DNA of 64,000 bases from Aplysia californica (lineage: Eukaryota). The notes under the pieces were generated by a model. It did not search any database. It saw only the letters and a program-made list of their open reading frames with translations, and was not told the origin of the DNA. This document shows positions 53,485 to 64,000 of this stretch, piece after piece; the stretch's first letter is position 1; every line of letters starts with the position of its first letter. A program made the translations under genes and the position numbers. The stretch is taken from NCBI RefSeq assembly GCF_000002075.1, contig NW_004797272.1, positions 867,369 through 931,368 of the forward strand. Direction: 5' to 3'.

Positions 53485-53594
53485 AACAATCTGTAGGCTT
53501 GGACTTGGAGCATAAAATTAAATCTCATTTCATCCACAACATCCGAGATCCCAAGATAAAACGAAACAGTAACAAAGCTGTAACCTAGGGCAGC
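53485..53594 (-). promoter_or_regulatory. Putative BBIP1 non-coding first exon with RFX X-box-like motif
   Basis: Minus-strand donor GTAAGC at 53479-53484. GTAACC-TAG-GGCAGC at 53580-53594 is one mismatch from the X-box consensus GTNRCC-N0-3-RGYAAC; CpG-containing context. BBSome genes are established RFX targets. Confidence 0.5.
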
Positions 53595-53602
53595 TTATTT
53601 CG

Positions 53603-53800
53603 GCTTGGGAGGAATTCCGAAACGAGCGACGACTACGAAACAAAGTAGAATAGAGAGTTGGGGTTAGGGTTTGGGGTAGGAGTAGGGTTTGGGGTAAGGG
53701 TAGGGTAAAGGTTTAGGGTAGGGTAGATCTAAGGGAAAGAGTAGGGGTTATACTATAGTATAGTAACATACTATTGGGGTTGGGCCAGGGTTAGGGTAGG
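53603..53800. repeat. Degenerate TTAGGG-like array within a dispersed element (inverted relative at 43290-43460)
   Basis: GGGTTAGGGTTTGGGGTAGG... runs; flank TGGGAGGAATTCCGAAACGAGC matches the reverse complement of GCTCGTTACGGAATTCCTCCCA at about 43436-43457. Confidence 0.65.
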
Positions 53801-54383
53801 CGATCTCTTCTATGTCTCTATATATGTGTCATGACGCAGTGGAATCAAATCTGAACGTGCATCTTTCGTTCTCCGAGTGGTGACGACCTGTGTTTGTTTT
53901 ACCAGTCTTCATTGTCTCATTTCATAATATACAGTGGCTACGTAGTAGGCAAGCTACGTTCACGGCGCCCTGAATGCAGTTTGCAGTCGCTGCGTATGTG
54001 GCTTATTATACATAATATTTCGTTTATTTTACCCTTCCATAAAACCAGCAACAAAAAGAAAGCTTACCAAAAAACAAATCAACAAAACACAAAAACCCTT
54101 CTTATTACACTTCCCTTTTTCAAAAGAAAACAAAAACCCTTGTGTGCCTTGTGAATTAGTCTTACAGCAGTCCTAACCCTGAGGCCTGAGGTCAGCTCCG
54201 GTTTGGATTTCGGAAAAGAAAGGTTTGCCTTCTTCATTTTGAACAGTCCTGCCTAAGACGGCCACCTGTATTATACTGACACTTTTCTCCAAGATAATGT
54301 CTGGCCGTTTTACACTGGCACAGGTTTGACTGTAGCCTACTTAAGGCCTATTATTGGATTTAGTCCCAGCTCCTACAGAAGAG

Positions 54384-54696
54384 GGCGTTTTTTCGGTAGT
54401 CTCCACCCCGCAATTGTTATACGCCGGTTTTGGCCCCAAGAGTAGTGGGGTTTCAGGGGGTCTTGGCCCCCTGAACTAATAAAATTAAGGGGGGGGGGGC
54501 ATAACCCTCTGATTTTACCATATTTGATGTTTTGCAGTTGTTAGGTTTGATACCTTAGCTCGCCACGCCTCAAACGTATAGATCTAACGTATAAATCTAG
54601 AAATCTAGATCTAGAGATCTAGATCAAGATCTAGATCTAGATCTAGATTCAATTAATAAGGGGGGTACATGGGCGTGGGAACTACCGAAAAAGCAT
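54384..54696. mobile_element. MITE family D carrying an (AGATCT)n expansion
   Basis: TIR TTTTCGGTAGT ... ACTACCGAAAAAGC; homologous to 15786-16018. Confidence 0.7.
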
Positions 54697-55330
54697 ATAT
54701 AAGAGTGCAACAACTAACAACGACACAACGATTTTTGTTTTCATTAGCAACTGGCCTACAGGCAGTTTTGCATGCTGATGGGTGTCATTCTTCGCTCATC
54801 GAAACACGGAAAACACAAAGCAGATGTGTAAATTAGTAATGAACGAAACTTACAAAAGCGTGAACTCAGACGAGTAGGTTCGTCCAGACTTTTTACCTGG
54901 AAGAATGTGACTGGTTGGCATGTCAACAAATAGAGCTGGATTCAGCTTTTCTAAATTATGCCCCCTGTCCGTACGGTGTATTGTGACATTCTCGGGCGTT
55001 AAATTTTATCGGAACGGCCTCCTTGTTTTTCTTGCTTCGCGTAGGGCTTGATAAACAAACTACTAATAACCACAACGGAATATAAAAAAAAGAATGATAA
55101 TTTCCAAAGGCGGGGTGAAAATGGCTCTAAAAAACATTGGGTTTTTTAACAGTTTCTATGCAAATTGTATCTGCGTATCCGCTCTTAGTCTTAGGAGACT
55201 AAGGCTGCGTTTTGATGTGCACGAGGCATATAAAAGATTTAGATCTAGATTAACTGGGAGGGGGGTTGAGATGGCAAGATTTAAAGAAGAAGGAAAAAGC
55301 AGATGAGCATTAAGATGGTTAACCTAAAAC

Positions 55331-55363
55331 CACAGAATTCTACACTTAGTGTAGAATTCTGTG
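55331..55363. mobile_element. 33-bp TIR-only mini-transposon with 8-bp TSD
   Basis: CACAGAATTCTACACT-T-AGTGTAGAATTCTGTG flanked by CCTAAAAC on both sides; related 46-bp copy at 43959-44004. Confidence 0.75.
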
Positions 55364-55489
55364 CCTAAAACAGAATACATTTACGAAAAAGAGCGCTCAC
55401 TTCAATCGCAGAGTTAACTTAGTTTGTATTTTTAGATACAGCTAAGTTACTATTAATAAATATCTTACGCACGCTCCCACACGCTTCAG

Positions 55490-55619
55490 CCAATAGAAAT
55501 CGTGTATATATTCGGACTTATCCAGCCCACATCTAAATTTAGAACTCAATGCTTCGCTGCGTGAACGATCCATCAATGATTGCACCACAAACAGAAACTT
55601 GAAAAAATTACTATAAAAG
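55490..55619 (+). promoter_or_regulatory. Core promoter of the RBR gene: CCAAT box, GAAA-N3-GAAA element, TATA box
   Basis: CCAAT at 55490-55494, GAAACTTGAAA at 55594-55604, CTATAAAAG at 55611-55619, about 100 nt upstream of the ATG at 55719. Confidence 0.5.
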
Positions 55620-55718
55620 CTGACTACGTCCAAGTAATAGCATCTATACACCCAAGTCTCTTTTTCTGAAGAGGGGCAGATACATCACATCGAAGACAAC
55701 GCTCCATCAGCGAAGACA

Positions 55719-56034
55719 ATGGTCTACAAAGTCTGCAAGGGTGGAGTGAGGTCTGGGAACACCCTCCGTGGCCTCCACACCCTCAAATCTAACAGGTAAG
55801 GAGAACTCACACTCAAAATTCTATTATTTAAAATACATTAAGTTTAAATTTTACACTTCTGAGTGCTGGTTTTGTCCGATTGCTTCTTGAATTCATTACT
55901 GTCGCTGTTGTAATCTTTGATTCATTTCCCGATAGGCGTGCTTACTATTAAATGACAACAGAAGCAATTTACAGCGGCAGTTCTTAAACTAAAGTGATAA
56001 AAAAAACTGTTGATTTACGTTGTTGTTCTTGCTG

Positions 56035-56120
<86 letters not shown>

Positions 56121-59100
56121 AATCATAATCATGATGATGATAATGATTAGGNNNNNNNNNNNNNNNNNNNNNNNNNNNNNNNNNNNNNNNNNNNNNNNNN
56201 NNNNNNNNNNNNNNNNNNNNNNNNNNNNNNNNNNNNNNNNNNNNNNNNNNNNNNNNNNNNNNNNNNNNNNNNNNNNNNNNNNNNNNNNNNNNNNNNNNNN
56301 NNNNNNNNNNNNNNNNNNNNNNNNNNNNNNNNNNNNNNNTGACCATGACCACAATGTAAATTTTAATAATTCTTAGGTAATTAAAATTAGACCCCTAATA
56401 CTCTTGAGCTGACTGTCAATGACTTTTGCGAGACTGCGACCATGATCTATATATATAAATTCTACTAACAATATTACGGGGGGGGGGGGGGGGGTATATT
56501 TGGTTCTTTTTTTTTTTGTTTTGTTTTGTTTTTTTGTTTCCCTGTGTTTTGAACAAGTAGCAATTAGTGAAAGCATTTATCTTTCTCACACTGTCGCACG
56601 GCATTAAAAATTATGAAGGATCTCACTTACATCCCAAATTTTGATTACGGTTACAAAACAACACTGTTTTTTCCTTTTCATCAGATACGGACGCCATGCC
56701 TGCCTCATCGGCAGTTCCAGCATGACAAGCCGTGACGTCACCAAAATGGTGACATCAAGCACAGACGATGCCATGGTTACAGAAACCGTCCAAAGTACTG
56801 ACGTCATTTTGTCCCTCAACAAGAAGCAGAGATGGCAACTTCCAGCTACAATGCGTCACATGATTAGAAATGGCTACTTCGGTCGAGGTGCTATGGTATC
56901 TGTCCTGGAAAGACACAAGCTCAAGAGAAGAGCCAACTGTGTCAGTTTTGTCAGCAACAAGGGCAAAGTCACCTCAGTACAGCCCACACAGAAGCGATAT
57001 TTTTCCTTCAACTTGGATAACATTGATGAGGAACAATCCAACAGACAAAAGAAGAGACAGATGTCCAAAGCGATGAGCGCGATGAAAAAGCCAAGGGAAA
57101 TTAAAGACAAACGTTCTCCTTGGAAAACAATCCAGGTTTTCACAAAGGCAGGAGACGACACAAAAACTGAAGATGTAAAAAATGTATTGTCCAGCACTAA
57201 ACCAGAATACAGAATGGAAATCTTTTATCCGTGTCCAAAGACTTGCTCATTGGCATTCAACCCCAAGTACACTGACGTCATGATCGATGTCAACGAGGAG
57301 GGTAAGCAAGAGATTAAAGCAGTGAAAAATCCGGGAAGCAAAAAGCCCAGACGGCGTCACAGGAAAAGACTGACCACATCTTCATGGGCCAAGATGGGAA
57401 CAGAAGAAATTGAAGAAGACCTTAACCAGATGTGGGACGAGGTGTATCAAGAAGATTATTCTCCCGTCGTTAGCTCTGAGGTCACAGCGGAGGAGAAGGC
57501 AGAAACTGAGACGGACCTGTTCGAAACACATAATTCAGATCTCCGTTCTAAACACAACGGCAATAACAATGAAAATCTCTGGTCTTCGTTGATTGCCCAC
57601 GCTGAAAAAGCAAGAGAGCTATGTACACAGAGAACTGACAGCCCCCGGAAAAGGTCGGCTAGCAAACCATCAGCAACGTCTTTGGACGAGGAGGAATTGA
57701 AACCACACTTAAAGGCATTGCCAGACGGTAATGAATTCAGGCCACCGTCAATGTGGCCAACGCTCAGGAGACACTGGAGAAAAAAACCACAACAACCCAC
57801 GAAACAAAAACCCGTTAAACAACAACCCGTGGAACAACAACCCGAGGAACAAACAGAAACGAAGAGAATCCCCGAGTATGTAGACTTGTTTTCTTTCAGA
57901 ATCATCGCTTCTTCCAAAGAAACTTGCCCCGAAGAGCTCAAGAATAAATTCGGACATCTGTATGCAGAGGCTGAGTGCCAACCACGCACTTTTGTAATAA
58001 ATGTAAGTGACGATGTAAAAAACATTTTCTGTTCTTCGCGAACTGAAAGGGAGAATTCTGCTTTCATTTCCTATCTCGTCTTCACTTATGATGGTCACTA
58101 CGACGATGGACTCGACTCATACAAGGTTGCTTTCAACTCATATGTTTGCAAAAGCACAGAGCACATACAGAAAAGCATACCCTTCCACACTTTCTCCATT
58201 GATGATGTCATTAATCAAGTTTTTGAAATTCTCTTGGACATGAAAAGTGAAAATCTGTTGGAATTTGTGAGAACGCCATTCATAAGTGACAGTACAAATG
58301 ATTTATTTCGATTCGTCTCCGACAAACTTCAGGTGAAAGTGGAAAGCTTCTACCCCAGCCAAGAGATCAGCAAACTTCGTTTTACAGAACTGGAGCAGAA
58401 CACAGACTTATTCTCCATGACCTTGAGTCAACTAGGGTCCTCTGGGGAAGACTACGACATTTTCTGTCAGATTTGTTACGAGAGTGTGACTCCAAGTCAC
58501 GTGGACAGTCTCCCGGGTACTGCACTAACCAAATGTGGTCACGTCTTCTGCAACGACTGTTGGAAAACTCACATTCGAACGAGAATGGCAGATGGAGTTG
58601 TCAAAATCATGTGTCCCGGATACGACTGTGACGTTACTGTAGGCCAAGTGACTCTCCTCTCTCTCGTTCACGTGTCAGAAGTTGCTCAGCTGCTACAGCG
58701 ACAGAAAGAGGATGAAGTGGAGACATCGGAAGACTCCAAGTGGTGCCCCAACCCGACGTGTGGCCGTGTTATCAAGATGGAGGCCAAAGCCATAACCCCT
58801 GATATGTCATACGACGTCACATGCGCTTGTGGACTCAGCGTCTGTTTTTCTTGCCTCGGTCCTGCCCACTGGCCTGCACATTGTGAACAGGCTGGTGAGT
58901 ACACAGGCAGATTGTACGACATATCGCTCCCGAAAGAAGTGGAAGACGACCCTAAAGAAAATGCATCCCCTCCTGCTCAATCCAAGCCAAAAGAAAAGCC
59001 TGAAGCGATGCGTGTTGAAGGAAGACTGTGCCCAAGGTGCAGGAGGTTCATCGAAAAGAACGGCGGCTGTCCACATATGTCTTGTAAATGTGGGCATCAG

Positions 59101-60633
59101 TTTTGCTGGACGTGTTTAGCACCGCTTAATGGCCACATTGTCTGTAAACCTGATTATGCTTACCTGTACGAAATGACCAGGACATTGCTTGTGAGGCAAG
59201 TGAAACCCAAGGCTTTGGCTCAACCGTTGGGAGTAACGCCAGAGGAACCAAGAAAGACCTGTGGTGGCAAGAGCCGATTGTCCATGTACCAGCGCGCGCT
59301 GCAGCAGAGGCTCGAGGGAAATCGTCATCATTCGACAAAGGAGATCAAAGCCCTGGCCCTTGCGATTGCTACTGCAGCCTCCAAAGACGACGAATTGAAG
59401 AGAGAGGTGAGTCTGAGGAAACACTTTAAACCCCAGAAATTATGAATGTTACAGAGTGAATTTAACAATAACATAAAATCAGTTATCTTTTTCTTGTTTC
59501 AAAACAGAACACATTGATCCCTAGCGGTTCCCTAAGTATTGCCTTCTCTCCCACCAATTCAATCACTATAAAGACCAGCTTATGTGGCGAAGCGGCTAAG
59601 CGTTTCTCCGGTGCGGTTAAGAAGTCTGGGTTCGATTTCCGTATGAGGCTAATTTTACAGAGTATCTCTGTCACTCTGATGGTATTTGTAGTTCCCTTAG
59701 CCCGGATTTGCAGGTTCGAAGCTCACCCCTGAATGATCTAAATTGTATAGTAGGGAACGTTAAACACGTACATTAAAACAATAACTAAGCGGTTATGTAA
59801 GTGACAATAAATTGTCTAGAATGTTTTCCTTTCACCGTGAAATGATTAACCATTTGAGAAGATGAGATAGAAAATTGGGAAAATAATGTAATGATGACAG
59901 TGAAATGGCTATACAGATATTTAAATGTATTATTTGTAAAATGGTAATCCTAAAATAATTTAAAGATCGCAATGAAAGGGCTATACGGATATATTATTTT
60001 TGAGCTGGTAATCATTATTTTCCCCTTTAAACAGCTTCTAAACGATTCTGGCTTTGGATCAACCACAATTTGTAACAAAAGCCTGTTGCTCACCTCAGAT
60101 TTAAACTGTACGTTTTGTAAAAAAATAAAAAATAGTGCCGCTGCTTTTCTTTTTCCACAGTCTAATTTGTTTGTTTTTGGAAAAGGCCTTATATTTATTT
60201 GTTTCGATTAGTTCTAGTGCGTGATGATTGTACTTTTAAAACATTATGTTCTACTGCCTTCTATTTTCAGCTTGTGGTTCTGCCCGGTGTGGACCAGAAC
60301 AGCAGCATTGGTGACGCTGAATCCGTCTCCTCCACCACCAACCACGTGACAAGGTTCCTCCAATCGTGTGAAGCCAGCAAACGCGCGCTACATCATGTGG
60401 CCGAGTTCACCTTCGTGTTGCTCCACGACGTTCCCCAGTCTGTGGACAAGCGCCGGGTTCTGGCCTTGGCCAACGACATCTCTGGCTATTGCAGCTTTCT
60501 CCGCTCCATCCTGGAGGGCGGTCAGCACCAGCAGCCTCGGACACTGGTCAAGCGATTGCTGGACATTCAGACGTGGGCCCGAAGAGCCGTGGGCGCCCTG
60601 CTGAAAACTGCGAACAAGCTCAAAGCCTCATAA
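55719..60633 (+). CDS. RBR (RING1-IBR-RING2) Ariadne-like E3 ubiquitin ligase with long N-terminal extension, 3 exons, 1053 aa
   Basis: Exon 1 55719-55795 (MVYKVCKGGVRSGNTLRGLHTLKSN, donor AG|GTAAG) joins in frame to exon 2 56685-59406 (donor GAG|GTGAGT) and exon 3 60271-60633. RING1 CQIC...CGHVFCNDC...CPGYDC; IBR WCPNPTC...CACG...CFSC...HWPAHC; RING2 CPRC...EKNGGCPHMSCKCGHQFCWTC with the catalytic Cys/His; helical C-terminus reminiscent of the Ariadne domain. Confidence 0.88.
56020..56150. repeat. Compound (CTG)n(ATG)n microsatellite in RBR intron 1
   Basis: Direct reading; runs into an N gap. Confidence 0.95.
59577..59766 (+). mobile_element. tRNA-derived SINE-like element in RBR intron 2 (paralogous copy at about 63230-63420)
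   Basis: A box TGGCGAAGCGG, B box GGTTCGATTTCC, tail ending GGAACGTTAAAC. Confidence 0.65.
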
Positions 60634-60801
60634 CTTTGTTATTTTAAGAGTTTGAAAGAAGAAATACAAATTGAAATCCTCTATTCCCGTCCCCACTCAC
60701 ACACATTTAATACACACCCTCTTGTAATCTAATACATATGTATAGATAAAACCTTGTGTTGACTAGGTTACATGTTTCCCTTCCCCACCCCTTTCTCTCT
60801 G

Positions 60802-60805
<4 letters not shown>

Positions 60806-60857
<52 letters not shown>
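60806..60857. repeat. (CT)n microsatellite downstream of the RBR stop codon (likely 3' UTR)
   Basis: Direct reading. Confidence 0.95.
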
Positions 60858-60860
<3 letters not shown>

Positions 60861-62070
60861 CACATACCTAAACAACGGATAATATAATAATTATACAGAG
60901 AGACCTGCAGATGCTGTGACAAAGTGAGCCCATGAGTAGATTGATTAATTGCTCTGTGATACAGTCTCATTGTCTTACGCTAGTACTCACTTCTTGTAAC
61001 AATATTAGTTTTCATCAGCAGCAAACACACACACGAAAGAGAACACTGACACCCATTTATTAAACTTTGTTGCTTTCGAACACTTAAAGTAGACAATTAT
61101 ACCAAAATATGAAAATGTCATGAACATATATATGTACAGTTTGTATCAATATAAAGTTGATATATCCGTTTACAATGTGGTTTTATTTCATTTGTTTGTC
61201 TAGTGCAGGTGCTGAAAATGAGAACAAATAAATCTGAATGTATTACATGTATAAAAGCTATTTAAGATTTTTTAACGAAATCCTCAGTAGTAGACTTTTA
61301 AAGCCTAGATGCCCGTGTGAAGCAGGTATATATTTGTTTTTGTTTTTTAAATATGGAATTCTAGATGTCCACATTGGACAATGTAGCGAGGAAAATCGTA
61401 AAAAAATGAGGATGTATTTTGTGCTATGTATCCTAACTTGAGTTATGGGTGGCTCGGGTACGGACCTTGTTCTATGGCTTTGAATGAGGGTAGAGTTTAC
61501 TCCCCGAGGCTCAAAGAAAGGAGAAATCTCTTCATATAAAAGAAAATTGAAAAATGGANNNNNNNNNNNNNNNNNNNNNNNNNNNNNNNNNNNNNNNNNN
61601 NNNNNNNNNNNNNNNNNNNNNNNNNNNNNNNNNNNNNNNNNNNNNNNNNNNNNNNNNNNNNNNNNNNNNNNNNNNNNNNNNNNNNNNNNNNNNNNNNNNN
61701 NNNNNNNNNNNNNNNNNNNNNNNNNNNNNNNNNNNNNNNNNNNNNNNNNNNNAATAGCATATCATTATGTATGGTATATAAAAACAATACTAGGAAGAAA
61801 ATATTTTCTCTTTACATCTCTTAAGTGTACATGATAGCCGTACCACCAATTCCTGTTATGCCTACCCCCGAAAAAGAAAAGAAAAAAAAAAGAAAGAAAA
61901 AAAAGAAAAAGATTTACTGAACAGTATACAAGGCACACTGCTTTACTCGTTTTTACATGAACTATGTAGCTTACAGACATTTTCCTATTTACAGGCAGAG
62001 CATCTTGTATTTTTAAAAAAGATAGACCCGTCGTTCGCACCTTTTGTTTTTACGCCCTTTCACACAGATG

Positions 62071-62560
62071 AGAGCTCTCGTGGCATAGAGGTTAGTTAAG
62101 GTGTTCGCCTCACATTCAAAGGTTCCTGGTTCGAATCCAAGTATCGACGGAAAAATGTTCTTCTCTAAAAGTGTCTCCTTTCACCTCCTTTCCTGTTCTC
62201 TAGCTATGTTCTATCGTCTGCTTTCTTCACTTTCTGCCCCCACCCCTTCACCTCTTTTGCCCCCTCCTCTGGGCTCCTGACTCTTTCTGCAGACTTTCTG
62301 ACTGCTGTATTTCAGCTACATCCCTGATCTTATGGTAGGCAAGATTTACACCTAGCCTTCTCGAACAAGGGAGAAAAATCTCGGATGTCCCGTGTGTAAG
62401 TTGCGTACTTTAAAGATCTCTTGGTGCTCCAAAATCAATAAGAGTACGCTTCGGCAGTCACCCGGACAAAATTCAAAATTTCTACCAACTGAAAATGTTT
62501 TGCGTGTTCCACGCGCTCATATGACCTTATGCAGTTGCGAACGCCGTAAAACACTTACAA
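62071..62560 (+). mobile_element. SINE family B, near full length
   Basis: A/B boxes (GGTTCGAATCC), Meta-like core, ATGACCTTATGCAGTTGCGAACGCCGTAAAA tail. Confidence 0.82.
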
Positions 62561-62987
62561 AAGAAACACAAACAAACAAAAACTAAGCCAATTTGACAAA
62601 AGCACACCGTTTAACTTAAGAAATCACCCCTCCTTCCCACTCCACCTCTACACCATAAATTAACATCACAATCCCGCCATCATGCCTTTAACTTTAAATC
62701 TTTGATCACAATTTAGCAATGTAGACCTACAGACAGATTTAAAGAGATGGAAACAAATCTAAAATATTGACTCCTCTACACAGCTCGAGACACAATCTTC
62801 GCATGTCAATCAAAGGCAAATATCCAACAGACTGCTCACTAATGATCAGCTGGGCAACTTTGGTGCGGATGAAGCTAGTTCGACCCCNNNNNNNNNNNNN
62901 NNNNNNNNNNNNNNNNNNNNNNNNNNNNNNNNNNNNNNNNNNNNNNNNNNNNNNNNNNNNNNNNNNNNNNNNNNNNNNNNNNNNNNN

Positions 62988-64000
62988 GGAGATCAAAGCC
63001 CTGGCCTTTCCGATTGCTACTGCAGCCTCCAAAGACGACGAATTGAAGAGAGAGGTGAGTCTGAGGAAACACTTCAAACCCCAGAAATTATGAATGCTAC
63101 AGAGTGAATTTAACGATACACATAAAAGCAGGCAGTTATCGTTTTCTTGTTTCAAAACAGAACACATTGATCCCTAGCGGTTCCCTAAGTATTGCCTTCT
63201 CTCCCACCAATCCAATCACTATAAAGACCAGCTTATGTGGCGTAGCGGCTAAGCGTTTCGCCGCTGCGGTTAAGAAGTCTGGGTTCGATTTCCGTATGAG
63301 GCTAATTTTACAGAGTATCTCTGTCACTCTGATGGTATTTGTAGTTCCTTCAGCCTGGATTTACAGGTTCGAAGCTCAACCTCTGAATGATCTAAATTGT
63401 ATAGAAGGGAACGTTAAACACTTAACTTTAAAACAATAACTAAGCGATTATGTAAGTGTGCGACAATAAATTGTCTAGAATTTTTTTCCTTTCACCGTGA
63501 AATGATTAACCAGTTGAGAAGATGAGATAGAAAATTGGGAAAATAATGTAATGTTGACAGTGAAATGGATATACAGATGTTTAAAAGTATTATTTGTGAA
63601 ATGGTAATCCTAAAATAATTTTAAAATCGCAATGAAAGGGCTATACAGATATATTATTTTTGAGCTGGTGATCATTATTTTCCCCTTTAAACAGCTTCTT
63701 AAAGATTCTGCCATTGAAGCAACCACAATTTATAACAAAGCCTGTTACTCACTGCAGAATTGAATGATACGTTTGGTAAAAACCGAAAATGCCTCTGCTT
63801 TCCTTTTCCCACAGTCTAATTTGTTTTGGGAAAAGATTTTATCTTCATTTGTTTCGAGTAGTTCCTGTGCGTGATGATTGCATTTTTAAAACATTATGTT
63901 TACTGCCTTCTATTTTCAGCTTGTGGTTCTGCCCGGTATGGACAAAAACAGCAGCATTGGTGACGCTGAGTCCGTCTTCTCCACCACCAACCACGTGACA
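62988..64000 (+). CDS. Partial second copy of the RBR E3 ligase gene (end of exon 2, intron 2, start of exon 3)
   Basis: After a 100-N gap, the sequence aligns to 59340-60350: EIKALAFPIATAASKDDELKRE|GTGAGT, homologous intron including the same SINE, acceptor at 63917-63919, exon 3 from 63920 LVVLPGMDKNSSIGDAESVFSTTNHVT running to the window edge. Confidence 0.75.

Noticed and set aside
53659-53800. True telomere or chromosome-fusion scar
   Set aside because: Repeats are highly degenerate, short, and embedded in a dispersed element with another copy at 43290-43460.
55989-56376. PolyH/polyQ/polyI/polyM ORFs
   Set aside because: Translations of an intronic (CTG)n(ATG)n microsatellite spanning an N gap.
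57456-58067. 203-aa antisense ORF and other ORFs overlapping RBR, DDX23 or BBS5 exons
   Set aside because: Shadow frames of real coding exons with no recognisable motifs.
56641-59445. 934-aa single-exon ORF as the complete gene
   Set aside because: It starts at a TTG inside the polypyrimidine tract and ends by reading through a GTGAGT donor; the in-frame exons at 55719-55795 and 60271-60633 give a better model.

Overview
AT-rich, intron-rich animal genomic DNA. The CORE- and Meta/MESC-type tRNA-SINEs, RTE LINE fragments and many MITEs suggest a mollusc, probably a gastropod (inference). Three minus-strand genes lie head-to-tail: BBIP1 (single coding exon 50073-50291), DDX23/Prp28 (15 coding exons, 21235-38322, 795 aa) and BBS5 (12 coding exons, 5366-16426, 341 aa). 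Two BBSome subunit genes therefore sit about 34 kb apart with only DDX23 between them. Divergent from BBIP1 is a plus-strand, TATA-containing, 3-exon RBR (Ariadne-like) E3 ligase gene (55719-60633, 1053 aa) with a long uncharacterised N-terminal region; a diverged partial second copy follows a 100-N gap. Notable non-coding observations: (1) BBS5 intron 5 is largely a decayed copy of intron 6 plus the start of exon 7 and keeps a 32-nt invariant core with compensatory hairpin changes; (2) an RFX X-box-like site at the putative BBIP1 promoter; (3) promoter-proximal (AGATCT)n/TAGGCCTA arrays; (4) a 33-bp TIR-only element with a perfect 8-bp TSD; (5) 6-bp-TSD elements; (6) three-layer nested TTAA transposons. 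All splice junctions were read by eye and checked for frame continuity. No database searches were run.
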